From the NCBI GenBank assembly GCA_965219455.1, contig OZ244744.1, positions 5,024,001 to 5,088,000 of the forward strand: DNA of 64,000 nucleotides, in the 5' to 3' direction. This DNA comes from Candidatus Latescibacterota bacterium (GTDB lineage Bacteria > Latescibacterota > UBA2968 > GCA-2709665). Below the pieces are notes generated by a model. The model ran no database searches. It saw nothing but the letters and a program-made list of their open reading frames with translations, and was not told where the DNA came from. The position numbers were made by a program, and so were the translations under genes. This document shows positions 39,875 to 49,749 of this stretch, piece after piece (the stretch's first letter is position 1; each line of letters opens with the position of its first letter).

Positions 39875-40106
39875 GTGTTCTGTCCCGGAAATAGGTTGCC
39901 TGAATTCGGCCGACGAGTCGCCCGACTCGCGAGGCGCTTGAGCGCAGGCGACCTGCGTAAGGTCTGCGAGCGAAGGCAACGCAGCGAGACCTGCCTGCCG
40001 CGCGTTGTTTGGCGCAGGCAGGCTGGATGAATCGGCCTGCCTGTGCGTGCTGTCTCACGCACGCAGACAGGCGGGAGAATGGTGAGATATTTCTGGGACA
40101 GAACAC
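39875..40106. repeat. MITE/REP-like element, copy B
   Basis: 19-bp TIR GTGTTCTGTCCCGGAAATA / TATTTCTGGGACAGAACAC (1 mismatch); internal hairpins. Confidence 0.85.
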
Positions 40107-40405
40107 TAACCTCCGCTGGAATCCGTCCACCACGTTCAGAGAGGTTAATCAAAGTGCGCAAAAACCGTACCAGGATGACAGCAGCACGTCAGACCCGAAT
40201 GGGACTCAAAATCAATCATTTGCGTCGAAAACAAAGATCGGCGCCTGGCCGGATCCTGTGAAAGAATAACACAGATGTGTATATTTTGCAACAGTTTTGT
40301 GGTTTTCGGCGTACGGTCGGGGATCCTGAAAGGGTTCAGGACGGACGTGAGGTTGCAGGCGGGGTTTCCGAAAATTGGAGCAGCAAGTGTTTCCGGGACG
40401 GGGCA

Positions 40406-41401
40406 CTAAAACGCCGATATGGGGGCGATGTCGACCATGGTGCGCAGGCCGGGCGGCGCATGATGGATGACTGGAATGGCATTGGTAACGATTGAACACG
40501 TGGCGACGTCTCCGTTGATTCCGCCGGCAATCGTGAGATCGATTTCCGGGGTGCCGAGGATGTGGATGCGGTCTCTGGGGTGCGTTTCGCCCACGGATGC
40601 GCGAAACACGAGCGTGAGGACTTCGCGGTTGCCTGCATAACCCCGGCCGGTCTGGTTTACGCCTGTGGTATCGCCGGCTCGAACCGACCAGTCCTCCCCC
40701 CGCACCACCGTTCGCGCGACGACCGGTTCCACGATATCCTCGGTTTTGTCCAGACGCCAACCGAGTCCGGATGCAACCATGTGCATGGACTGGGTCAATC
40801 CGACGTGGCGGATTTGACGGCACCTGACACGCTCCTCGAAGGATTCGACGGAAAGACCGGCGCCTATTTTTTGACGGAAAGGCAGGCGCCGAAGGGAGGC
40901 GTTCTGAATTCGTTCGATCAGGATGGAGTCCACGTTCCGGCAGACGGCGGTCGCCGCCGTGGGCAGAAAATCCATCAGGAACCCCGGGTTCACGCCCGTG
41001 CCCAGGACTGAGACCCGGTTTACCCTCGCGAGATCGTCGATGCGCCGGGCGAGTTCCGGCTCCGCAACCCAGGGATATGCCAGTTCCTCGCAGGTGGAAA
41101 CGACGTGGAGGCCGCCTTCGATCAATTGTACGAGCGTGGGGAATAGCGCGCGGAGTTCGGACACCGTCGTGAGAACGGCCACGTCGGCGTTGTTCGTTAT
41201 CCCGGCGTCCAATTTTCCCCCGACGGCGACGTCCAACGGCCGATCCAGGTTGTACAGGGTTCCCAGATCCCTGCCGATCTTTGCGGGATCCACGTCGACG
41301 GCGCCGACAAGCTGCAAATTTTCCTTTTCCGTCAGATACGGCCCGAGCATCTGGCCGAGGGGCCCCAGACCGATATGCAGAATGCGAATGGGTTTCGCCA
41401 T
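40406..41401 (-). CDS. DapB-like NAD(P)-dependent amine dehydrogenase (2,4-diaminopentanoate dehydrogenase-like)
   Basis: GLGPLG Rossmann motif, VVSTCEELAYP, LGTGVNPGF, KIGAG, HVGL, GDVAT. Confidence 0.85.
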   Translation of the reverse strand: MAKPIRILHIGLGPLGQMLGPYLTEKENLQLVGAVDVDPAKIGRDLGTLYNLDRPLDVAVGGKLDAGITNNADVAVLTTVSELRALFPTLVQLIEGGLHVVSTCEELAYPWVAEPELARRIDDLARVNRVSVLGTGVNPGFLMDFLPTAATAVCRNVDSILIERIQNASLRRLPFRQKIGAGLSVESFEERVRCRQIRHVGLTQSMHMVASGLGWRLDKTEDIVEPVVARTVVRGEDWSVRAGDTTGVNQTGRGYAGNREVLTLVFRASVGETHPRDRIHILGTPEIDLTIAGGINGDVATCSIVTNAIPVIHHAPPGLRTMVDIAPISAF

Positions 41402-41715
41402 CGGGAATGCTCCTTGGGCGTCATGCGAACGTCGTAAAAAGGGAAATGGGCATGGAAAGATCTGTAAACGCGCCGCGTACGGGAGACCGCATCGCCCGGT
41501 ACTGATTGGAAAGAAGACGCCTGGAAGAGGCGCGGAATGAGGTCTCGACCGGGGACTGATGAATATACGATTCAGTCGGATTCGCGCCAAACGAAAATGA
41601 ACAGGTACGGGTGAATCGTCCGTTTGTGAGACGGTTGACCGGAGGCCGTTTTGCACTTACCTTGATGGCGCCCGATCCGCATAACGTCGGGGTGTCATCG
41701 AAAGGGGACGGGGTT

Positions 41716-42282
41716 ATGGCCGTCGAAGCGATTGAACGGTTTGTCTCAAAGTACGAAACGCTTTCCGGACGCGTACACCTGGCGGACAGCGTGGAGTCCG
41801 CTGCGGAGGCGGTGCTTTCCGTCCTTCGCGAGGACCGCGGGACCCGCCTGGCCGCGGCCGAACTTCCGGAAGCGCTGATGCAGGCACTGGAGCGGCGGTG
41901 TGCGGATGCGGGGGTTGACCTGTTGAAGCCGCCATACGACGGCCGGACGCTGCCGGGCGCCATCGATGCCGCGCACGTAGGTGTGTCCTGGGCGGAGTTT
42001 GCGGTGGCGGACGCCGGTGCGCTTGTCGAATTCGCGACAAACGACGCAACCCGCCTCGTATCCACGTTGCCGAGGATACACCTGGGCGTCGTTCGTGCCG
42101 CGGATATTAAAGAGACGCTGATGGACGCCGGTCCGCGGATCCGGACGTTTATGACACAGCAGCGGGAGAATGCCACCGTGACGTTCATATCCGGCCCGAG
42201 CCGCACGGCGGACATCGAGATGCGGCTTACGCTGGGCGTGCACGGTCCGGAAATGGCTCATGCGGTTATTTTGGACCCGTAG
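41716..42282 (+). CDS. LUD-domain protein (LutC/YkgG-like)
   Basis: AVADAG, STLPRIH, FISGPSRTADIEMRLTLGVHGP. Confidence 0.92.
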   Translation: MAVEAIERFVSKYETLSGRVHLADSVESAAEAVLSVLREDRGTRLAAAELPEALMQALERRCADAGVDLLKPPYDGRTLPGAIDAAHVGVSWAEFAVADAGALVEFATNDATRLVSTLPRIHLGVVRAADIKETLMDAGPRIRTFMTQQRENATVTFISGPSRTADIEMRLTLGVHGPEMAHAVILDP

Positions 42283-42347
42283 AAGACAATTTTGCGACGC
42301 GGATTCAACAGGAGTCACTTAAAGCCGAGCACGAAAGGATAGGGAAG

Positions 42348-44489
42348 ATGCCGAAGGGCCGGTATCAGCAACTGGAAAAAAAGATCGATGGGGCACTGAA
42401 AGAGAGATCAAGCCGGACGGCGCTATACCGCGCGATGAAACGCGGCCGGGACAGCCGGCATAGGGCGGTGGGCGCGTTGCCGGGAGGTGAGGGATTTCGC
42501 GACACGGTTCGTTCCATCAAGGTCCGGTGCCTTGAGCAGCAGGACGAACTGGTGGACAGGTTTGCGCAAAAGGTGCGGGACCGCGGCGCACGGGTATTCA
42601 TGGCCAACGACGGCCCCGAAGCGATTTCATACATTCTGGACATTGTGAAGGAACGCGGCGCCAGGTCCGTGGCGAAGTCCAAGTCGCTGACGAGCGAGGA
42701 GATCGAGGTAAACCATCCTCTGGAGGAAGCGGGGGTGGATGTAATTGAGACGGACCTGGGTGAACTGATCATTCAGAAGGTGAAGGAAAAACCCTTTCAC
42801 CTGGTCTTCCCCGCGGTGCACAAAACCGCGGCGGAGGTGGCGGAGATATTCCGGAAGGTGACGCAGCAGGACGTGCCGCAGGACGTCGACGCCATCATGC
42901 GAGTCGTGCGCAAATATCTCCGGCCGATTTTTCTGAATGCGGATATCGGGATGACCGGCGCCAACGTGGGGATCGCCGAAACCGGCGCCATTGTCATCGA
43001 GACCAATGAGGGCAATGCGCGCCTCGTGTCCAGCATTCCCGACGTGCATATCTGCATCATGGGTCAGGAGAAGATTGTGGATACGGTGGAGGATGCGTTG
43101 CAGATGATGCTTGCGCATCCCATCAGCGCGGTGGGTCAGCATCTCACCACGTATGTGACGATGATGGGGGGGAGGTCCCCTCTCGGCATCGGCGGTGGAC
43201 GGAGCCCGCGCGAGTCTCATATCATCATCCTGGACAACGGGCGCAGCCGGATGCGGGAAGACCCGCTGTTCAAGGACGCGTTGAATTGCATCCGTTGCGG
43301 CGCCTGCATGAATATCTGCCCCACCTACGGCGTGGTGGGCGGGCATACGTTCGGCTATATATATCCGGGACCGATCGGGATCCCCTGGACATCGGAGGTT
43401 CACGGACTGGAGAAGGCCGCCGAATTCGCGCCGCTTTGTATTTCCTGCGGGCTCTGTAAGGAGATCTGTCCCGCGGAAATCGATATCCCCATGATGATCG
43501 CCGGCGTGAAGGATCGAGACGGCGAGGAAAACGGGCATCCCCGGGTGAACCGGATGCTGATGGCCGCGGAGGGCTTTGCGAAGTTCGGCTGCGCCACCGC
43601 GCCGGTCTCCAACTGGATGCTTAAGAACGGGTGGTTTCGGTGGGCGATGGAGGTGTTTTCGGGTATCGACCGGAGGCGTGCGTTACCGCCGTTCAGGCGC
43701 CGTACGTTGGCGAAATGGTTCAGGAAGCGCGGCGCAGCGCCACGGGTGAAGGATCCGGTGCGACAGGTGGTATTCTTCGCGGATATATATGCGGCCTACA
43801 ATGCGCCGGAACTCGGCCGGGCGGCTGTCGAGGCACTGGAAGCGCTCGGATGCGAGGTCGTTCTGCCCAGGCAGCGCGGCAGCGGTTACCCCTATGTGGG
43901 CTATGGCGACCTGAAGCGGGCCGAGAAGGTGGCCGACGAGAACGTGCGTTTGATGATTCCCTACGTCGAGGCCGGGTACGATGTTGTAACCACCGAGCCG
44001 ACGGCGGCCTATTGTCTGAAGGTTTCGTACCCCAAGTTGCTCCACGGACGCGCGGACGCCAGCGCGCTGGGAGAACGGACGCACGAATTGTTCGCGTATC
44101 TGGAAATGCTCGAAACGCTCGCCGGCGATGGCGGTCGGGAACCTGTATTGGAGGGCCGGCGGTTCGGATTCCACGTATCCTGTCATCAGCGGCCACTGGG
44201 TTCGGGTCAGGAGGCGAGGGACTATCTCAGGCGGCGAGGCGCGGAGGTCGAGTTGATTGAGACCGGTACGTGTTGCGGGATGGCGGGTACGTTCGGTTTG
44301 AAGAAAGGGCTGCTCGGATACGAACTTGCACAGGCCGTGGGAGAGCCGCTGTTTCAGGCATTCCAGGAGGCGAAGGTGGATACCATCGTCACCGAGAGCA
44401 GCGTGTGCGCGATCCATCTGCGCGAGGGCACGGGTATCAACGTCGTGCACCCGCTGGAACTGTTGATGGACAAAGGTGAAACAGGGTGA
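42348..44489 (+). CDS. LutB-like LUD/4Fe-4S protein fused to CCG domains
   Basis: KSKSLTSEEI, ETDLGE, TNEGN, CIRCGACMNICP, CISCGLCKEICP, HVSCH, CCGMAG. Confidence 0.92.
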   Translation: MPKGRYQQLEKKIDGALKERSSRTALYRAMKRGRDSRHRAVGALPGGEGFRDTVRSIKVRCLEQQDELVDRFAQKVRDRGARVFMANDGPEAISYILDIVKERGARSVAKSKSLTSEEIEVNHPLEEAGVDVIETDLGELIIQKVKEKPFHLVFPAVHKTAAEVAEIFRKVTQQDVPQDVDAIMRVVRKYLRPIFLNADIGMTGANVGIAETGAIVIETNEGNARLVSSIPDVHICIMGQEKIVDTVEDALQMMLAHPISAVGQHLTTYVTMMGGRSPLGIGGGRSPRESHIIILDNGRSRMREDPLFKDALNCIRCGACMNICPTYGVVGGHTFGYIYPGPIGIPWTSEVHGLEKAAEFAPLCISCGLCKEICPAEIDIPMMIAGVKDRDGEENGHPRVNRMLMAAEGFAKFGCATAPVSNWMLKNGWFRWAMEVFSGIDRRRALPPFRRRTLAKWFRKRGAAPRVKDPVRQVVFFADIYAAYNAPELGRAAVEALEALGCEVVLPRQRGSGYPYVGYGDLKRAEKVADENVRLMIPYVEAGYDVVTTEPTAAYCLKVSYPKLLHGRADASALGERTHELFAYLEMLETLAGDGGREPVLEGRRFGFHVSCHQRPLGSGQEARDYLRRRGAEVELIETGTCCGMAGTFGLKKGLLGYELAQAVGEPLFQAFQEAKVDTIVTESSVCAIHLREGTGINVVHPLELLMDKGETG

Positions 44490-44572
44490 GGGTTGGGGGA
44501 TCGGTCTGCGGAGAAGCATCCGAACCTGGAATTCACGTCTAAACTGAATCTGTCTGCAAGGGCACTTCTGCA

Positions 44573-47500
44573 ATGGCAGAGATGACACCTGGAAGTGTAA
44601 TCGACGGGCGGTACGAGACACTCGAAGTCCTTGGCAGTGGGGGCGTGGGGGTGGTTTATAAGGCGCGGGACCTGGATCGGGGGGGCGAGGTTGCGCTCAA
44701 GGTGCTGAAAAAGGGAGTAAGACAGGAGGAAGACCGCCGGCGGTTTATGCGGGAGTTTCACATGCTCTCACGCATTCGGCATCCGCGTGTTCTGAGAACC
44801 CATACCTGGGGGGTGCATGAAGGCCGGCCTTATTTTTCCATGGATTATCTGCAAGGCCAGACCCTGGCGAGCATGATCAGTGACAATGTAAAGAAGGAGG
44901 TGCTGCGGGGGTCGGGATTCTTGCGGCTGGTTCGGCAAATAGCCGACGGGCTGACCTGTATTCACGGTCAGGGCCTGCTGCACCTCGACCTGAAACCGTC
45001 GAACATCATGATCGTGGAGCAGGACCACCGGATCGAAGCAGCAATACTGGATCTGGGTCTGGCGCATTCCGGTAGTGGGCGCGCAGTATCGCTCACCGGT
45101 GACGTTTCAGCGACGGGTACGGCGGAATATATGTCTCCGGAACAGGGACGTGGCGGACGGGTCGACGAACGTTCCGACCTCTATTCCCTGGGCATTGTCC
45201 TCTACGAAATATTGGCGGGCGCGCCACCGTTTACCGGCGATAGTCCGGCTGCCGTCATCCTGAGGCATTTGGGGGAACAGCCGCGGCCGCTGCAGGCCCT
45301 TGAACCGAAGCAGGGGATGCCCGTACTGGCAATCGTGATGAAGCTTCTCGCCAAAGAACCCATAGACCGATTCCGGTCTGCCCGCGAACTCCTCGCCGGA
45401 CTTGACGCAATCGTCTCGGAGGGTGCGCTGCCGAAAGAAGAGCCAGGACCAGCTGGAACACGCCTCCCGGAGCCTCCCCTTGTGGGTAGGGAAAGGGAAG
45501 TGAAAGCGATGCGGAAAATCATTTCGGGGGCATACGAGGGCAGGCGGCAGACTGTGCTGGTTACCGGGCATCCAGGCATGGGCAAGTCGCGTTTGATGGA
45601 GGCAGTTAAGGGCGACGCCGCACTCTATGGTATGGAGGTGCTGTCGGGCGCGTGCCGACAGGATCGTCGTGAGGTCCACCTACCACTGATTGACGCGCTC
45701 CGAAACGTCTTACGGCTGGAACTCGTCTCTGACACCGGGAGTACTGATGCCTGCGCCGCATTGGAAAGGATCTGGCATCATTTGCGAAAGCTGGCGCGCA
45801 ACCGGCCGGTCCTGCTGTGTATCGAAGATCTTCAGTGGTCGGATGAACTCACGGACCGGTTTTTGCGGCGATGCCGGAGCGACGCCGAAGATTTTCCGCT
45901 TATGATCCTTGTGACCTGTCCAGGTGTTGGAAGCACGTCCATGGACGGGCACAAGGAAAGCCTCTTTAGGGACGGAGGGACCGGCAGGATTCACGAAATT
46001 CACCTCGGTTGTCTCACAAGGACTGAGACGGCGCGCCTGGCGGCTTCGATACTCGGCGAACGGCGGATCCCCGAGAAAGTCGGAGGTAGACTCTTTGAAG
46101 AGACCGGCGGTTGTCCCCTTTTTGTCGTGGAATCCGTCCGTACTCTGGTTGCGGAAGGCGTTGTTCGGGACGAGGGCGAAGATGGGTGGCGGTGGGATTC
46201 GATTCCGGCGGGGCTGATGCTCGATCGTGCGGTGGAGGTCCTTCGCAGACGCCTGGAGGTAATTCACCCGATACCGCGTCGGGTTTTGGATTACGCCTCC
46301 GTCTGCGCAAGCGGATTTACGTTTGATCTGATCGAGGGAGTCTGGCGGGAGAGTGGGTCAAATCTGGTGGAAATCCTGGATGATCTGGTGCGCCTGGACC
46401 TGTTGCGGAAGAGCACGGGAGCGGGCGCTCCGTACGAGTATCGACTTTCCAGTATGCTTCTGCGGCGCACGATCTACAATAGCCTGGATGCAGAGCGGCG
46501 TATTCTATTGCATCGGGCGGTCGCAAGGACACTGGAGGTCCTGAATTCCGAATCGAGGCCCCAGGCAGTCGAAGACCTGGCGTTTCACTATCTGAAATCC
46601 GGAGAAGTCGAAAAGGCCGATCAATACCTCATTCAGGCGGGTAAGCAGGCGCTCAGTGCAGACCGCGCATTGAGCATGTTCAAGGACGTATCGGAGCCGC
46701 GTCTTCAAGGAGATGATTTATCCGCTGTACCCATCGAGAAAATCAAATCCAGGGTGAGGTTCCTATGCGACTATTCGAACGCATTGTCGTCCCGCGGTTA
46801 TATGGAGGAAGCAAAGGAAAAAGCGCAGGATGCATTGTCGCTGGTTTCAGAAACGACCCCCGGTGAGAGGGCGCTGGTTCTGTGCCAATTCGGCATTGTA
46901 TACGCCCGTTCACGGTCGCATCCTGAAGCGGAACGGGCGTTTCTGGACGCGATTGCCATCTACCGAAAGCACGGACCGAGGAAAAGAGAAAGAGAAACGA
47001 GGCTTTGTTTGGCCTCCCTTTATGAACGGATGGAGAGACGAGAGGAAGCCAGGGTTCAAATAAAGCTCATATCCGAAGATTACGTGCGCGCCGGTGGCGC
47101 CCTGAGCAGGTCGAGAGCCAGCTATTTCAGCGGATATATTGCACACCTGGACGGGCGCCTTGGAGACGCCCATACGCTGTTCGAGTCTGCTTTGGAACGG
47201 GCAAAGAAAGTGGGAGACAGAGCTGAGAATATCGGCAACATGAATCTGATCGGAACGACCGCATTTAGGACTGGCAATTATCAGCGTGCTGAAGAGATCT
47301 TTCAGTCACAGCAACTGTCTAACCTTGATTGGAGACGTACGGCGACAGGGGGCGTTAGCCATTTTTATCTCGGTTCGATTGCGCTGGAAAAGAAAGATGC
47401 AAAGACCGCGGTGGTGTTTGGTGAAAAGGCCGTGGAGATCCTGTCTCATATAAGGGATGCGCATCAGGTGTACTGGGTATTTGGCCTGATGGCCGAGGCT

Positions 47501-49390
47501 CATGCAGCTTTGGGAAACGCCGACGAGGCGGTGAGGTGGGCAGACAGAGCCCGACCCGGCACCCAAATGGCCGGCGAAACCCCTACGGTGGCCTGGCGCG
47601 GGATCGGGGTCGCGTTAGCCGCGGCGAAGCGATGTGAAGAGGCCGAGGATGCGTTCAAACGGGCCATCGCGAACAAACCGGTAATCCAGCGATTTGAATG
47701 GTTCCGCTCGTTGCTGGCGGCTGGCCGATTTTACCTTGGGCACGGTAATCTGGATATGGCGCGTTTGCGGCTCGAGGCGGCAGAACGCAAGGCGGAGGCC
47801 CTGCAGACGCCCTTCTATGCACGGAAAGCGTCGAATCTTCTCTCGAGGTTGGCACGGCTGGAGGCACAATCTGAATCCAGGGTTTCAGCAGAGTCGCGGC
47901 CGATATATGACAGGATCGCGGCGGTATCCGAACTTGCCGCGGATCTGGGGGGGGGTCTCGATCTGCCGTCACTGATGGAAAGGACGCTGGACGGGTGTTT
48001 GAAGGTGGCAGGGGCGGAAAAGGCGATCGTCGTGTTTAAAGATGCACAGTCAGGCGGATTGCGCATCGAAGCGACACGGTCTGGCGAGGGTGGAAATGCA
48101 ACGTCGAAGGGCATAAACCGGGGTGTGGTACGGCGTGCAATTGAGAACAACGAACCGGTGTTTGGCGCGGACGCCTTGGCGGATAAGCGATTCAAGAAAC
48201 GGCAGAGTGTGTTCGACTTCGACGTCCGCTCGGTGGCGTGCGTGCCGCTATATCATCGAGAGGCAGGTTCGCTGGGGGCATTGTATTTAGACCTTCGCGG
48301 TTTCGGAAACGCCGTTTCCGACGCGGACAGGAGGTTCTTGATCGCACTTGCCGGCCTGCTGTCCGCGGGGGTAATTCAGGCCCGGATGAGTAGCAGGTTA
48401 AAGGAACGGGCATTGTATCGGGCGCGTGACGAGTCCGGCAGGAAGGGATTGGGAGAGCTGGTCGGAGTCAGTCGTGTGATGCAGGCGGTCTATCGTCTGA
48501 TCGAGCGGGCGGCCCGTACGGATATGACGGTACTCATACAGGGAGAGACCGGGACGGGCAAGGAACTGGCGGCCCGTGCTATCCACGATAACAGTGTCGT
48601 CAAAGATTGCTTGTTTCTGTCACAGAATTGCGGAGCCCTTTCCGGAGAGTTGCTGTATAGCGAATTATTCGGCCACAAGAGAGGTTCGTTTACGGGGGCC
48701 GTGTCGGATCGCACCGGGCTATTTGAGACCGCGCAAGGAGGTACGGTCTTCCTTGATGAGATCGCAGATGCCGCGCCCGAGGTCCAGGCCAGCCTGCTCC
48801 GAGTCCTACAGAACGGAGAGGTTCGGCGGGTTGGTGAGAGTGTGCCGCGAAGGGTGAACGTGCGCATCATTGCGGCAACGAACGCAGATTTGGAGGCGGA
48901 GGTTTCTAAGGGGGCGTTTCGGAAGGACCTATTCTACCGTCTTCAGGTGCTTCCCATCAAGATGCCGGCGCTGAAGGACAGAAAGGACGATATTCCCCTG
49001 CTGGCGGGGCATCTGCTGCGGAACGCCGCCCGCGAAGCCGGGAAAACCGTGGAGGGTTTCACGGAGGGGGCTGTGAAAGCTCTGATGAAGTACGACTGGC
49101 CCGGTAATGTACGCCAGCTGGATAACGAGATACGCCTTGCGGTTGCCCTGGTGGAAAATGGCGGCGTGTTCGAGATGGAACTGCTTTCTGAGCGCCTACG
49201 ACCTGAAGCGGGTTGGGATGATGGCGCGGCAGGCACTTTGAGAGCGTTTCTGCAATCGGTTGAGAAGCGGTATCTTTCCCAGGTTCTCGACATGCACAAT
49301 GGGAACGTAACCCGAACGGCTTTGGAACTGGGGCTTACGCGATCCGGACTGTACAAAAAGCTGGAGCGTCACGGCCTGCGGGGCCCGTGA
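44573..49390 (+). CDS. Ser/Thr kinase - STAND-type ATPase - TPR - GAF - sigma54 activator - Fis HTH fusion
   Basis: GSGGVG, VALK, HLDLKPSN, DLG, YMSPE; LVGRE, GHPGMGKS, LCIEDLQW; TPR-like helices; RSVACVPL; GETGTGKE, GSFTGA, WPGNVRQL. Confidence 0.93.
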   Translation: MAEMTPGSVIDGRYETLEVLGSGGVGVVYKARDLDRGGEVALKVLKKGVRQEEDRRRFMREFHMLSRIRHPRVLRTHTWGVHEGRPYFSMDYLQGQTLASMISDNVKKEVLRGSGFLRLVRQIADGLTCIHGQGLLHLDLKPSNIMIVEQDHRIEAAILDLGLAHSGSGRAVSLTGDVSATGTAEYMSPEQGRGGRVDERSDLYSLGIVLYEILAGAPPFTGDSPAAVILRHLGEQPRPLQALEPKQGMPVLAIVMKLLAKEPIDRFRSARELLAGLDAIVSEGALPKEEPGPAGTRLPEPPLVGREREVKAMRKIISGAYEGRRQTVLVTGHPGMGKSRLMEAVKGDAALYGMEVLSGACRQDRREVHLPLIDALRNVLRLELVSDTGSTDACAALERIWHHLRKLARNRPVLLCIEDLQWSDELTDRFLRRCRSDAEDFPLMILVTCPGVGSTSMDGHKESLFRDGGTGRIHEIHLGCLTRTETARLAASILGERRIPEKVGGRLFEETGGCPLFVVESVRTLVAEGVVRDEGEDGWRWDSIPAGLMLDRAVEVLRRRLEVIHPIPRRVLDYASVCASGFTFDLIEGVWRESGSNLVEILDDLVRLDLLRKSTGAGAPYEYRLSSMLLRRTIYNSLDAERRILLHRAVARTLEVLNSESRPQAVEDLAFHYLKSGEVEKADQYLIQAGKQALSADRALSMFKDVSEPRLQGDDLSAVPIEKIKSRVRFLCDYSNALSSRGYMEEAKEKAQDALSLVSETTPGERALVLCQFGIVYARSRSHPEAERAFLDAIAIYRKHGPRKRERETRLCLASLYERMERREEARVQIKLISEDYVRAGGALSRSRASYFSGYIAHLDGRLGDAHTLFESALERAKKVGDRAENIGNMNLIGTTAFRTGNYQRAEEIFQSQQLSNLDWRRTATGGVSHFYLGSIALEKKDAKTAVVFGEKAVEILSHIRDAHQVYWVFGLMAEAHAALGNADEAVRWADRARPGTQMAGETPTVAWRGIGVALAAAKRCEEAEDAFKRAIANKPVIQRFEWFRSLLAAGRFYLGHGNLDMARLRLEAAERKAEALQTPFYARKASNLLSRLARLEAQSESRVSAESRPIYDRIAAVSELAADLGGGLDLPSLMERTLDGCLKVAGAEKAIVVFKDAQSGGLRIEATRSGEGGNATSKGINRGVVRRAIENNEPVFGADALADKRFKKRQSVFDFDVRSVACVPLYHREAGSLGALYLDLRGFGNAVSDADRRFLIALAGLLSAGVIQARMSSRLKERALYRARDESGRKGLGELVGVSRVMQAVYRLIERAARTDMTVLIQGETGTGKELAARAIHDNSVVKDCLFLSQNCGALSGELLYSELFGHKRGSFTGAVSDRTGLFETAQGGTVFLDEIADAAPEVQASLLRVLQNGEVRRVGESVPRRVNVRIIAATNADLEAEVSKGAFRKDLFYRLQVLPIKMPALKDRKDDIPLLAGHLLRNAAREAGKTVEGFTEGAVKALMKYDWPGNVRQLDNEIRLAVALVENGGVFEMELLSERLRPEAGWDDGAAGTLRAFLQSVEKRYLSQVLDMHNGNVTRTALELGLTRSGLYKKLERHGLRGP

Positions 49391-49427
49391 TGACGCCGGT
49401 CGACCCGCGGGTAGTATTGAAGACTTT

Positions 49428-49648
49428 TGTCAACTCGCGTTGACAGGCGATTTGCTCATTGGTATCAACGGGTTACGCATACGCCCGGGCAAGTCGTTCT
49501 TTCCCGGTAAAGTGGGTGTATACGTGGGTAAACACCCGGAAGAATAAATCCGGCTTGATTGTGCTTGAGGTTGAAACTTTAAATCGTTGTTTTGAAAGCG
49601 TCTGTGATGAATCAGGGCGTTTTTTTGTTTCCGGGTACAATGTTTGCA
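49428..49648 (+). promoter_or_regulatory. sigma54 enhancer/promoter: two UAS-like palindromes, an IHF site and a -24/-12 element
   Basis: TGTCAAC-N4-GTTGACA (49428-49445); TATCAA-CGGG-TTA (49463-49475); TGTATAC-N4-GTAAACA (49517-49534); GGGTAC-AATGT-TTGCA (49633-49648). Confidence 0.7.
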
Positions 49649-49749
49649 ACATGGAACCATTGAAGCGCTTACGCGCGCATTGCCGGCAAACCACAATTTG
49701 AAACCAGTTTTCCCTCGCGTGCCCGCACGAGGGGTCCCGGTGTCGAGAC

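Noticed and set aside
39868-40161. N-terminal extension of the BamA-like ORF
   Set aside because: It is read-through of the MITE; the signal peptide starts at 39867
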